Shown here: in pieces, positions 47,689-56,540 of the stretch | Position numbering within the stretch: position 1 is the stretch's first letter | Layout: each line of letters starts with the position of its first letter | IMG/VR virus record: IMGVR_UViG_3300034161_000008 | Span: 32,001 to 96,000 of that record | Direction: 5' to 3' (one strand) | Source of the DNA: a virus | Lineage: Duplodnaviria; Caudoviricetes | DNA length: 64,000 nt | The notes under the pieces: model-generated | Database searches by the model: none | Told to the model about the DNA's origin: nothing | Seen by the model: the letters and a program-made list of their open reading frames with translations, nothing else | Translations under genes and position numbers: made by a program

Positions 47689-49860
47689 ATGGCAGTCACT
47701 GATCTCGTAACTCCGTACCCGTTTGATCCCACGGGTGCGCTGTTGTCAAACCTCGTAACGAGTGAGCAACAGATCGTAACACCCCCCAATTTCCGGGATT
47801 TTTACTTCCTGATTCCTAAAGCAGCTCCGTACTTCGGTGACAGCCTTGTAATCACGCTCAAAGACCTGGAGAACCAATCACGCACACTTAAGGAAGGGGT
47901 GGATTACTACCCGACTCACCGATTCATTTCGGCTTCCCGCGCGACAGCCAAACCGATCTACGGATCGATTACTCTTTTGGACAAAGAGCTGTCTGGCGTA
48001 GTTACGCTCAAGTACCAAACGATTGGTGGTATTTGGACTATCGACGAGCAAACTGCCGCCGAAGTTCTGGCCAACACTCTGCTCAACCCACGGATCACTT
48101 CGTGGGAAGTTGTTGTCGACCAACCGATTGCATTCCCTCCTATCGATCATGAGTGGGATCTGGTCGATATGGTGGGTGCAACTGAGATGGTTGAAGCAAT
48201 CGACCGTATCACTGCTGCACTGAACGAATCCGGCGGCAATGCCATCACGCAACACATTGCTGACCTCCAAAACCCGCATAAGACCACAGCCACGCAAGTA
48301 GGCCTCGGTAACGTGCAGAACTACGCGATCGCTACCGACCCAGAAGCGACGGCTGGACTGCGCAACGACGTTTACATGACTGCCCTGCGAGTGAAATCTG
48401 CAATCTCGTTCCAGGCTGGTGCTTTGCTCAAGAACCACACTGATGACCACGCGAACCCTCACGTCGTCACCAAGCAACAAGTGGGCTTGGGCGTTGTAGA
48501 CAACTTCGCCACAGCGACCAACACGGAAACTGTAGCAGGTGCTTTGTCGAACCGCTTTACCACTCCGGCTGGCGTTAAGGCTGCGATTGATAACTTCTCC
48601 ACTACGACCTTTGCGTCGCACGTCAACAACAAGCTGAACCCACACGAAGTGGATAAGCTGCAAGTTGGCTTGGCTTTGGTTGAGAACTTTGCACCTGCCG
48701 GTATCAACGATGCCCAAGCCGGTACTCGTAACGACATGTACATGACGCCGCTCCGTGTGCGTCAGGCTATCCAGGCTTTGGCCGGTGGCGACATCGACGT
48801 TCACATTACCGACATGAACAACCCTCACCAGACCACCAAGGCTCAGGTTGGGTTGGGTAGCGTGCAGAACTTTGGTGTGGCGGATTCGCCTACTACCATT
48901 GCCGGTACTTCGGTTAGCCTTTATACCACCCCGAAAGGCGTGGTTGACGCGATCAAGTCTCTGGTGGCCAACGACTACTTCGAGCACAGCATCAACACTG
49001 CAAACCCTCACCAAGTGACGGCTGAGCAAGTAGGTGCGTACACGAAGGCAGCAATCAACACGCTGCTGTCTGGTTATTTGCCCGTTAACGGCAAAGCAGT
49101 AGACAGTCACCTGTTCGATGGCTTGACTACCGATCAGGTTGCTCAGTACGTGTTGCTGGGTAAAGCTGCCAACTCGACGCTCTTCGACGGTCGTGACGTT
49201 GATACCTACAAGGCTTACGTCTTGCAAGGCAAGTCTGCGGACTCGACGTTGTTTGCTGGTCAAACGCTTCAGCAAGTAATTGCTGCTGCCGCTGCCGGTA
49301 GTGACTTCGAACCGTACACCGCTGCTCAGCGCATGCACAGTCTTGCTGCTCTGGTGGGTGCTGAAGCATTCAACTGGACTCCAATTGGCCAAGTTAACTT
49401 CTCGGACAACGTGGACGCAGTAGCTGGCAACCCAGACACCCAGTGGTTTATTGCTGGCGCCGACGACATCGCAGATTTGGCTTCCACCCTTTATTACGTA
49501 CGTTGTTCTGTACGTAACGCAGGTACTGGGGCAGCGCGTCTTTCGGTACAAGTTCTGAACATGGCTGGCGTATCGACTGGCGCTCAATTTGGCTGGACGT
49601 ACGACGCTACTGCCAAAACAGCAACTGTTTATCTGAAGACGGCTAAACGTCGTAACCAGATGACCGTGACTGAGCTGAACAAGGGTGTCGGTGCTGTAAT
49701 TGGTGCTGACAACGTTCTGGTCGTAGAACCTACCGGGATTACTTACGTCGTTGAAGACGGTCTGGCAACCACCAGTCAAATGGCTGCAATGGAAGCTCAG
49801 ATGGCCGATGCGGTCAAAGCGATCTCGCAAGCGTTCACGGGCATGGTGCCAGATGCCTAA
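47689..49860 (+). CDS. Tail fibre protein 1
   Basis: YPFDPTG N-terminus; four full and one partial HxxxxxNPHxxTxxQVGLGxVxN repeats; AGGAG SD. Confidence 0.8.
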   Translation: MAVTDLVTPYPFDPTGALLSNLVTSEQQIVTPPNFRDFYFLIPKAAPYFGDSLVITLKDLENQSRTLKEGVDYYPTHRFISASRATAKPIYGSITLLDKELSGVVTLKYQTIGGIWTIDEQTAAEVLANTLLNPRITSWEVVVDQPIAFPPIDHEWDLVDMVGATEMVEAIDRITAALNESGGNAITQHIADLQNPHKTTATQVGLGNVQNYAIATDPEATAGLRNDVYMTALRVKSAISFQAGALLKNHTDDHANPHVVTKQQVGLGVVDNFATATNTETVAGALSNRFTTPAGVKAAIDNFSTTTFASHVNNKLNPHEVDKLQVGLALVENFAPAGINDAQAGTRNDMYMTPLRVRQAIQALAGGDIDVHITDMNNPHQTTKAQVGLGSVQNFGVADSPTTIAGTSVSLYTTPKGVVDAIKSLVANDYFEHSINTANPHQVTAEQVGAYTKAAINTLLSGYLPVNGKAVDSHLFDGLTTDQVAQYVLLGKAANSTLFDGRDVDTYKAYVLQGKSADSTLFAGQTLQQVIAAAAAGSDFEPYTAAQRMHSLAALVGAEAFNWTPIGQVNFSDNVDAVAGNPDTQWFIAGADDIADLASTLYYVRCSVRNAGTGAARLSVQVLNMAGVSTGAQFGWTYDATAKTATVYLKTAKRRNQMTVTELNKGVGAVIGADNVLVVEPTGITYVVEDGLATTSQMAAMEAQMADAVKAISQAFTGMVPDA

Positions 49861-49895
49861 CGGCGAGTAAACCAATTCAAAGAAGGGCATCAAGA

Positions 49896-51338
49896 ATGAC
49901 ACCGCTCATCCTTAAGTATCCCCTCGACCTCACGGGCGTCAATCCGAACAACCTGGTCTTGGGTGAGCAACACGATCTCACGCGCCGCAAAGTGCGTGCT
50001 GTCGCAACGAACTATGGGCCCTTTTATACACAGGGGCTAAAGGTTTATGACGCAGCCACCGGGAAGCTTTTGATTCCGGGTACACCTGAGGAAGGTGGTC
50101 AGTACGTTGCGGCTGAACTTTACGAGGAAGCCACTCGTCGTTCGGCAAAAGAAGTCTGTGCAATCATCGTGATTACTGACCAGACGGTTGGTGATTCTAT
50201 CAAACTCGACTACCAAGTCGTGGGTGGTGAGTTCAGTAGCTCCGTGTCTGTCATTGCACAGATGATCGAAGCGCTGAGTCTGGATGATCGACCAATCAAG
50301 TGGGGCGACATTCTGGGTAAACCAGATGCCTTCCCACCTGCTAAGCACTTGCACGACATCGGCGACATCTACGGCTTCGAGTATCTGGTCGATGCTCTGG
50401 AACGTGTGCGTAACGCAATCCTCATGGGTGACGTTGCTTCGCACGATGAGATCTACCGTTACATCGACCACTACGTCGATGACCTGACTGCACAAATCAA
50501 TGCGCAGGCTGGTGCACTGAACGACCACAAGAACGACCACGGTAACCCGCACGTCGTGACAAAAGCCCAAGTTGGTTTGGGTTCGGTCGACAACTTTGCT
50601 ACGGCGACTCAGACTCAGGCCGAACAGGGTACGTTGAACAACCTGTTCATGACTCCGCTGCGTACGTATCAGGCGATTCAGTTTGTGGCCGGTAAGGCAC
50701 TGACTGCTCACTTGGAAGACTTCAACAACCCACACCAAACCACCAAAGCGCAGGTAGGTCTGAGTAACGTTGATAACTTCGCGACAGCTTCTGAAGCAGA
50801 AGCCCGCCAAGGTACTTCCTCGACGCGTTTCATGACTCCGCTGAACGTGGCTCAAGCTATTGCCACTCAAGCGTCCGGTCCACTGAACGCTCACTTGGCA
50901 GATCACAACAACCCTCACGTTGTAACCAAGGCTCAAGTTGGCCTCGGTTCGGTTGATAACTTCGCCACCGCCACTGCTCAACAAGCGGCTGCCGGTACGT
51001 CGACTTCCAACTTCGTGACGCCTGCCGGTGTGAAGGCTTTCGCTGACGCGCAAATCTGGCCGACGCTGAACGCACACATCAACAACCAGTCCAACCCGCA
51101 CAACACGACTGCTGCTCAAGTCGGGGCATACACCCAACAGCAAACCAACGACCTGCTGGCTCAACGCCTGCCAATCGGTGGTACTGCGGTGAACTCCAAC
51201 GCGCTGGGTGGCTACGACATCAACACCGTACTGGCTCTGGCTTATAACCAGATCGGGACCATGGGCAAGCGCAACCTCTACGTATCTCCGGCCGATCCGT
51301 CCGGCGGTGCCAACGGCGACGTTTGGTTCAAGTATTAA
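49896..51338 (+). CDS. Tail fibre protein 2, paralogue of fibre 1
   Basis: YPLDLTG N-terminus; three full and one partial NPH/QVGLG repeats; ends GGANGDVWFKY. Confidence 0.8.
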   Translation: MTPLILKYPLDLTGVNPNNLVLGEQHDLTRRKVRAVATNYGPFYTQGLKVYDAATGKLLIPGTPEEGGQYVAAELYEEATRRSAKEVCAIIVITDQTVGDSIKLDYQVVGGEFSSSVSVIAQMIEALSLDDRPIKWGDILGKPDAFPPAKHLHDIGDIYGFEYLVDALERVRNAILMGDVASHDEIYRYIDHYVDDLTAQINAQAGALNDHKNDHGNPHVVTKAQVGLGSVDNFATATQTQAEQGTLNNLFMTPLRTYQAIQFVAGKALTAHLEDFNNPHQTTKAQVGLSNVDNFATASEAEARQGTSSTRFMTPLNVAQAIATQASGPLNAHLADHNNPHVVTKAQVGLGSVDNFATATAQQAAAGTSTSNFVTPAGVKAFADAQIWPTLNAHINNQSNPHNTTAAQVGAYTQQQTNDLLAQRLPIGGTAVNSNALGGYDINTVLALAYNQIGTMGKRNLYVSPADPSGGANGDVWFKY

Positions 51339-51351
51339 TAGGAGGTGAGTA

Positions 51352-52161
51352 ATGTCAATCTCCTATAACACCGGTGGTGGCTACCTCAAGATCAAGCAAC
51401 CGTGGATCAACATCAACGGTGGCTGGTATCCTGCCAAGAAAGTCTCGTACAATCTTGGTGGGACTTGGAAAGAAGTGTGGCCAATGCAGCGTGTTTACAC
51501 TTGGGTTGGGACAGGGTACGGACTGAACATCCAAGCCCTGTTTGGCTATCCAACTGAACCTGCCCAGTTCATCTTCATCAACAACGGCGTGATCGGTGGT
51601 TCTGGCAAAGACTTTGCTTTGATCACCGGTACATTCCCAGCCGGTTCCACGCTGACGATCATCAACAACGGCTATATCCAGGGTATGGGTGGTGAAGGTG
51701 CGAGCTACTTGGGTCGCAACATTTACAACAACGCAGGTGTAGGCGGCAACGCTCTGTACCTGCAATACCCAACCGACCTCCAGAACAACGGCTACATCTG
51801 GGGTGGCGGTGGTGGCGGTGGTGCTGGTTCTGAAGTGGGTGGTTCCAACGACAACTCGGCTCCGGGTGGCGGTGGTGCTGGTGTTCCTGGTGGTGTAACT
51901 AACCTCTCGCCTTGGCGTCCGGGTTACTACTACGCAGCTACCCCCGGTACACAAACGGCGGGTGGTGTTAACCCATCGTGGGGTGGTAACGGCGTGGGTG
52001 GTGGTCCTGGCCTGGCTGGCGGGAACTGGTTCGTCGCCATTGGTTCGAGTGCGATTTACATGTCCGCTGGTGCAGGGCCAGGTAAGTCGATTATCAATAC
52101 CGGTTATCTGACGTCCATCACTGGCAACAACAGTAACCAAGTCAGAGGTCCAATGACATGA
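51352..52161 (+). CDS. Glycine-rich tail-fibre adhesin (T-even gp38-like)
   Basis: Trp-rich N-terminus (GGW...GGTWKEVW), INNG.I.G.GG repeats, poly-Gly motifs (WGGGGGGGAG); AGGAGG SD. Confidence 0.75.
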   Translation: MSISYNTGGGYLKIKQPWININGGWYPAKKVSYNLGGTWKEVWPMQRVYTWVGTGYGLNIQALFGYPTEPAQFIFINNGVIGGSGKDFALITGTFPAGSTLTIINNGYIQGMGGEGASYLGRNIYNNAGVGGNALYLQYPTDLQNNGYIWGGGGGGGAGSEVGGSNDNSAPGGGGAGVPGGVTNLSPWRPGYYYAATPGTQTAGGVNPSWGGNGVGGGPGLAGGNWFVAIGSSAIYMSAGAGPGKSIINTGYLTSITGNNSNQVRGPMT

Positions 52162-52853
52162 CAGAAAACCAAACTGCTGGGTTGTTCCTTGTGGGCAACC
52201 TGGTACTCGGTGACAAAACCATCCAGCAGGCTTTCTGCCGGATCATCGAGGCTACTCTGTGCAGTGCGCAGTCTCCCCAAACGGCACGATTGCTCACTTA
52301 CAAGGTGGGCGTTTGGGATCATGAACCTGCTCCAGCTGAAAAGCCTCAGGTCTACGCCTGCGGTGCTTCTAAACAAAGCACATTCAGCTTGCGTGTGGGT
52401 TTGGACTTGGTCCTCGATTTGGAGACCGTGCAGTCCAACGCGATCAAGCATTTCCTGACATTGGTGGTGATGGGTAAGCCTATCCGAACCACTGAGGATT
52501 CGATGGTGCAACTCTACAGCGCTAACCAAGCGCCGTGGACTCACGCTACCGAAGACTTGGGCATGACGTTCTCTCTGAGCGACGTCCAGCATCATGTCAA
52601 CTACCGGGCAGTAGACGGTGAGGCTTTGGGCTTGCTGTACAGCCAGACGTCTTACAAGGCCGTTGTGCTGAACAACAGAGTAGTCAAGGACATCAACTGG
52701 GGCCGTATCGATTGGGCTGCGATTCCTCGCATCACTTTCGCCAGTGAGTTCACTGATCCAACCACCATGGTGTCGGAAGCAGCTGCAAACTTCCAGACCC
52801 CTGGAGTCCAGTCTGCTTTCCTCGCCAGTATTCGAAAGCAACAGGCAGGTTAA
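52158..52853 (+). CDS. Hypothetical protein, possibly tail-fibre associated
   Basis: 231 aa; ATGA-coupled to the adhesin gene. Confidence 0.6.
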   Translation: MTENQTAGLFLVGNLVLGDKTIQQAFCRIIEATLCSAQSPQTARLLTYKVGVWDHEPAPAEKPQVYACGASKQSTFSLRVGLDLVLDLETVQSNAIKHFLTLVVMGKPIRTTEDSMVQLYSANQAPWTHATEDLGMTFSLSDVQHHVNYRAVDGEALGLLYSQTSYKAVVLNNRVVKDINWGRIDWAAIPRITFASEFTDPTTMVSEAAANFQTPGVQSAFLASIRKQQAG

Positions 52854-52856
52854 CAA

Positions 52857-53399
52857 ATGGATTTCACTCCTTCGCTCCTTCGTAAGCAAGACATCCCCGA
52901 GGCAGGTTATTCTCTCTATGCGTGGCCTTGTGTGCGCGCTTCTGAGTACCTTGGGGAAGATTGCTGGCAAACCATCAAGGCTTTGAAGTTCGGCGTCCCT
53001 GAGGGCGTTGGCAACGAAGACTATAAAGACGTTACCATCACGGTTCCAGCTGGGTACATTGTGCTGCGTCAAAAGCTGCCATGGACTCTGCGATGGCTGG
53101 CTCCGATTTGGGGGCGGCATCAAACTGCCTCGATTCTCTATCAGTTCATGAGTGAGCAGTCGACGGCAATGGTTGGTGGCAAGCTGCATCGTTGGACTCG
53201 GCGTGAAGTCCATTACTCTGTACTGGGTACGATCGGCAACGACATTCGTATCCCGGTTTGGAAACGACTGGTAATGACTGCGCACTTTGCGTGGTTGGCA
53301 CGCAAGCGTTACTACGACGCTGCGCCCACGGAAACCCGTCTGTTCTTTGAAATCGAAATGGAACAGAACCGAGCCCAAAAAAAGGCGGTGAGTAAATGA
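52857..53399 (+). CDS. DUF1353-like protein with degenerate motifs
   Basis: ITVPAGY...P..LRWL.P.WGRH..ASIL resembles DUF1353 but lacks the usual HD. Confidence 0.5.
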   Translation: MDFTPSLLRKQDIPEAGYSLYAWPCVRASEYLGEDCWQTIKALKFGVPEGVGNEDYKDVTITVPAGYIVLRQKLPWTLRWLAPIWGRHQTASILYQFMSEQSTAMVGGKLHRWTRREVHYSVLGTIGNDIRIPVWKRLVMTAHFAWLARKRYYDAAPTETRLFFEIEMEQNRAQKKAVSK

Positions 53400-54007
53400 T
53401 CGAGTTAACCGATACACGCGACCAGATGATCACCCGCATCGCTGGCGTGGAAGCGGGCTACGTGAACAACCCGAACGACAAAGGCGGTGAAACCAATCAC
53501 GGTATCACCAAAGCGGTCGCTCTGGAAAACTCTGCTGACTTGCAAAAGCTGTTCCAGTGGGACGGCACCATGAAGAATCTGTCCTCGGCGGCAGCTTTGT
53601 GGATCTACAAGCAGAAATACTGGGACAAGATGATGCTGGATGCGATCTATCAAATCTCGCCTTCGTGCGCAGACAAGATGCTCGACATCGGTATCAACTC
53701 CGGTACTGCTGCGTCCGTTACGATCTTGCAGAAGTTCCTTTCTGCTTTGAACGTGCAGGCGACCCTGTACCCTGATCTGGCGCTGGATGGCGGGATGGGC
53801 ACCAAGACTATTGGTGCACTGAACACGTTGATTGCCAAGCGCGGTCAGAAAGAAGTGGTTCAACGCCTGGCCATGACTTTGATGTCGTACCAAGTGGTGA
53901 ATGCGATCGAGATCTCCAACGGCCGTGCCGCAAACGAAACGTTCACCTGGGGTTGGTTGAACCGTCAGTGGGATGGTGTGATTCGTTACATCGGTCTGAC
54001 CAAGTAA
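53396..54007 (+). CDS. Glycoside hydrolase family 108 muramidase with peptidoglycan-binding domain (endolysin)
   Basis: EAGYVNNPNDKGGETNHGIT catalytic motif; LALDGGMGTKTIGAL PG-binding motif. Confidence 0.9.
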   Translation: MIELTDTRDQMITRIAGVEAGYVNNPNDKGGETNHGITKAVALENSADLQKLFQWDGTMKNLSSAAALWIYKQKYWDKMMLDAIYQISPSCADKMLDIGINSGTAASVTILQKFLSALNVQATLYPDLALDGGMGTKTIGALNTLIAKRGQKEVVQRLAMTLMSYQVVNAIEISNGRAANETFTWGWLNRQWDGVIRYIGLTK

Positions 54008-54012
54008 TCGCA

Positions 54013-54040
54013 GCCCGTCCACTTCGGTGGGCGGGTTTCA
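54013..54040 (+). terminator. Hairpin with UUCG loop after the lysin gene
   Basis: GCCCGTCCAC-TTCG-GTGGGCGGGT-TTCA; short U-tract. Confidence 0.55.
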
Positions 54041-54055
54041 CACTGGAGACTCATC

Positions 54056-54634
54056 GTGGAAAACGATTACAACAAACCCTCAGAAGTGCTGGTATACGAC
54101 CTGATCGTTTATGCCAACGGAACGGCAGTCCCACATTCGGATCTAGTGTTCGGTTTGCCAGAAGCGTTCGCTCCTTATGCCTCAGATCCACTTCGGCGAG
54201 ATACGCGCGTTACTGTTTCAGCTTTGTTGTATCCATTTGCCCGCCAAAGAGGCAAAGTGGTACTGACGTATCGCCGTTTAGCACTGGAACAATTTATACC
54301 AGAGTTTGAAGACGTACCGATTGAAGTTCTACGTCTGCCATTCACTGCGCACCAAGTCCTACCACAGATCAACGCACGCTACGGCTTGAGTCTGTCTGTG
54401 CTGGACATTGAAGACACTTTGTTTAGCGAAGCATCGACAACCTACGGCATCAAGGCTCGAGCAGAGTCGTTGGCGTGGCAAGGCGTGCTTGAGATCGAGA
54501 CGACTTACATCGAGACTCGATTGGACGAACTGATCCGCGTGACTTCCCTTGATGGTTTCCATTACGTGAACTACCAAGGCGATCTTAGCGATCTGATCGT
54601 CGAGACACAACTCAGTGGTTTTGATGCGGCATAA
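54056..54634 (+). CDS. Probable virion protein, paralogue of the 58.1-61.6 kb family
   Basis: GTG start with GGAG SD; shares the V...IN.RYGL.L...DI motif with that family. Confidence 0.6.
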   Translation: MENDYNKPSEVLVYDLIVYANGTAVPHSDLVFGLPEAFAPYASDPLRRDTRVTVSALLYPFARQRGKVVLTYRRLALEQFIPEFEDVPIEVLRLPFTAHQVLPQINARYGLSLSVLDIEDTLFSEASTTYGIKARAESLAWQGVLEIETTYIETRLDELIRVTSLDGFHYVNYQGDLSDLIVETQLSGFDAA

Positions 54635-54698
54635 GGCACCTCCCTGAAGCATCCTAGCCTTTAGAGGGCTCAGGTGCTTCAGGGAGGCTCTATGCTGC
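54626..54698. terminator. Long CATA-hairpin-TATG element between convergent genes
   Basis: GCGGCATA...CCTCCCTGAAGCA...TGCTTCAGGGAGG...TATGCTGC; the upstream TAA stop overlaps the CATA. Confidence 0.7.
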
Positions 54699-54759
54699 TG
54701 CGTAAGGCGTTTGCTACACAAACCGATACCATTTAAAGGCTACCTGTCTGTCACGGCTC

Positions 54760-55395
54760 TCAGATGCCTGTGGAGACTTTCTGATTCTTGGTCAGGAACT
54801 CTTGAGAGTAGAGTGCAGTTACGCGCGCTTCTTCTTCAGGAGTACGTTGGCCATTGCCGTTGGTGATGATGTCGCGGAACTCAATCGGGAGAGGCGGAAC
54901 CGCGTCTTGACGATTCTTCACTTCCAGATCGATCTTGCACCAGTCGTAGTAACCACCTTCAGGTTTGTGGAACATGTCCACTTCCCATACAAGGTCACTG
55001 CCATCCACCGGGAAGAAGTAACGATCCTTGATCATGCCTTTGTCGCTCAAATACTTGAACGACTCAAACATGGCCACCGTGGTTGGGACGGGCACTTCGA
55101 TCTTGTCACCAGCGCCATTGAGCTGGACTTTGGAGGTGAGTACGTACTCGGCTTCCGAAGCACCGTCTTTGACAGTCTTTCGAATGCGGATCGAGCCCTT
55201 CGCAGCGTTCTCAGCAGTTTTACCTACCTTGATTTCCCACTGCTCTTGATACTCTTTGTGGGATGCTTTAAGCAACTCATCCATGTCCGCCAAGCGTGCG
55301 TAGAACGTATGCTCGACTTCCTTGAAGGCTTTGCCATCAGCAACCTCCTCCAGAGCAAAGGAGCCATGAATAGCCCCCAACAATAATCTGCCCAT
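54760..55395 (-). CDS. CYTH-superfamily (triphosphate tunnel) protein
   Basis: KEVEHTF, IRIRK, YVLTSK, KDRYFF, WEVDMF and KIDLEV match CYTH strands; short leader ending ALE. Confidence 0.7.
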   Translation of the reverse strand: MGRLLLGAIHGSFALEEVADGKAFKEVEHTFYARLADMDELLKASHKEYQEQWEIKVGKTAENAAKGSIRIRKTVKDGASEAEYVLTSKVQLNGAGDKIEVPVPTTVAMFESFKYLSDKGMIKDRYFFPVDGSDLVWEVDMFHKPEGGYYDWCKIDLEVKNRQDAVPPLPIEFRDIITNGNGQRTPEEEARVTALYSQEFLTKNQKVSTGI

Positions 55396-55404
55396 CTGCA
55401 ACCT

Positions 55405-55899
55405 CTAGGAACTTGGAGCCATCCATAACTGGAAGACTGGAATAATTGACTGTGCGAGGCTCACCATCCCGCTGAAGAACGGGATATCTGGGATTGCACC
55501 AGACTTGATGCCGATCACACAAACGGTCGTAACGAGGACCACTACACAGAATATGGCTGCGTAAGTGCCCATCTTTACCAACCATCGAAAGAGCTTTCGG
55601 TCTTCCAGTTGATCCAGTTGCTGGACCGAGAGATGAGGTACTCCGCATGCGTCGCTGAGTCCTGGCGTCTGCTTGTTGAGCAGTGGAGCCAGTGCTTCGG
55701 CTTGCAGGTTGGGTGGCAGCGTCAACAACGCGGCTTTAAGCTCCTTCCCTGGAGACTTTGGCGTGAGGACAGTGAGCTGGGGAAAGAACTTCACCCAGCC
55801 ATTGATAGTTTCCCCGATTTCCCAGACACCCGGAAACGAATCCAGTGGCGCTTCCGAATCGTCAGGGATAAAACTAAGTGCGTCGTTTACGAGCTCCAT
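55405..55899 (-). CDS. Membrane protein, holin candidate
   Basis: One strong C-terminal TM segment (YAAIFCVVVLVTTVCVIGI) plus an amphipathic tail; immediately downstream of the spanins. Confidence 0.45.
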   Translation of the reverse strand: MELVNDALSFIPDDSEAPLDSFPGVWEIGETINGWVKFFPQLTVLTPKSPGKELKAALLTLPPNLQAEALAPLLNKQTPGLSDACGVPHLSVQQLDQLEDRKLFRWLVKMGTYAAIFCVVVLVTTVCVIGIKSGAIPDIPFFSGMVSLAQSIIPVFQLWMAPSS

Positions 55900-55906
55900 A
55901 AAGCAC

Positions 55907-56203
55907 CTATTTTATCGTCTGGAGTTGTTTGAGCTTCCATGCTCTTAACTCTGCCCATCGGGCATTGCAGATATTAGCAAGCGCGATCTGGCGCTTGATA
56001 TTGTTGGTCAGCAGTTCTTCCCGGTCTGATTCGTTCAGCATCAGGTAGGCTGCGGTGAGGGGTGGTGGTTCAGCGAGACAATCCAGAAGCATTGCGTCGC
56101 TGGGCGCAACCAGTTTGATCTTTGTTGCTGGCGCCTGCACAATAGGTGTCCCACAACCCGTTAATGCGAGCAACGCTGATAGCATCAGCACGCTGCTTAA
56201 CAT
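55907..56203 (-). CDS. o-spanin (Rz1-like lipoprotein)
   Basis: MLSSVLMLSALLALTG-C lipobox; Pro-rich with two further Cys; overlaps the 3' end of the i-spanin in another frame. Confidence 0.8.
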   Translation of the reverse strand: MLSSVLMLSALLALTGCGTPIVQAPATKIKLVAPSDAMLLDCLAEPPPLTAAYLMLNESDREELLTNNIKRQIALANICNARWAELRAWKLKQLQTIK

Positions 56204-56540
56204 TTTCAGGAGTCGCTGGCTTATCGGCATATTCGCGCTTGATGTCTGCCACTTGCTGCTGTACTTCATTGTCCACGACCTTTTGATCAACGTCGAGCTT
56301 AGTGACAGCCTGGATCGTCTTCACAGAAGACTCCTCGGTCACAGCGTCGGTTTTCTCAGTAAGGGCTTCGGTCGCACCGGCATCTTTCAGGGTCTGCCCC
56401 TGAACTGCATTGGTCGCTACGAGCGCTGTGTTTTCTTTCGAAAGGTGCTTGATCGCGAACCAACCCAGCGCCATCACCACTAACAACGCGATGATGATCT
56501 TGGTGCTAAGCGAAAGCTTTGAAAGCAATGCCTCAATCAT
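56070..56540 (-). CDS. i-spanin (Rz-like)
   Basis: N-terminal TM (IIIALLVVMALGWFAI), coiled coil, two C-terminal Cys; ATGA-coupled to ruvC. Confidence 0.8.
   Translation of the reverse strand: MIEALLSKLSLSTKIIIALLVVMALGWFAIKHLSKENTALVATNAVQGQTLKDAGATEALTEKTDAVTEESSVKTIQAVTKLDVDQKVVDNEVQQQVADIKREYADKPATPENVKQRADAISVARINGLWDTYCAGASNKDQTGCAQRRNASGLSR

Noticed and set aside
2900-47690. TATG late-promoter cores upstream of virion genes (2950, 18801, 25794, 30679, 40157, 47626)
   Set aside because: Consistent with the phiKZ late consensus, but a 4-mer is expected about every 256 bp, so single sites cannot be supported without TSS data.
47689-51338. Repeats in the fibre genes as a CRISPR array or DGR template/variable pair
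   Set aside because: They are in-frame degenerate protein repeats; there are no constant repeats with unique spacers, no adenine-specific mismatch pattern and no reverse transcriptase.
54626-54760. Long hairpin plus 60-nt gap as a tRNA or small RNA gene
   Set aside because: No cloverleaf, T-loop or CCA; the hairpin fits the CATA/TATG family.
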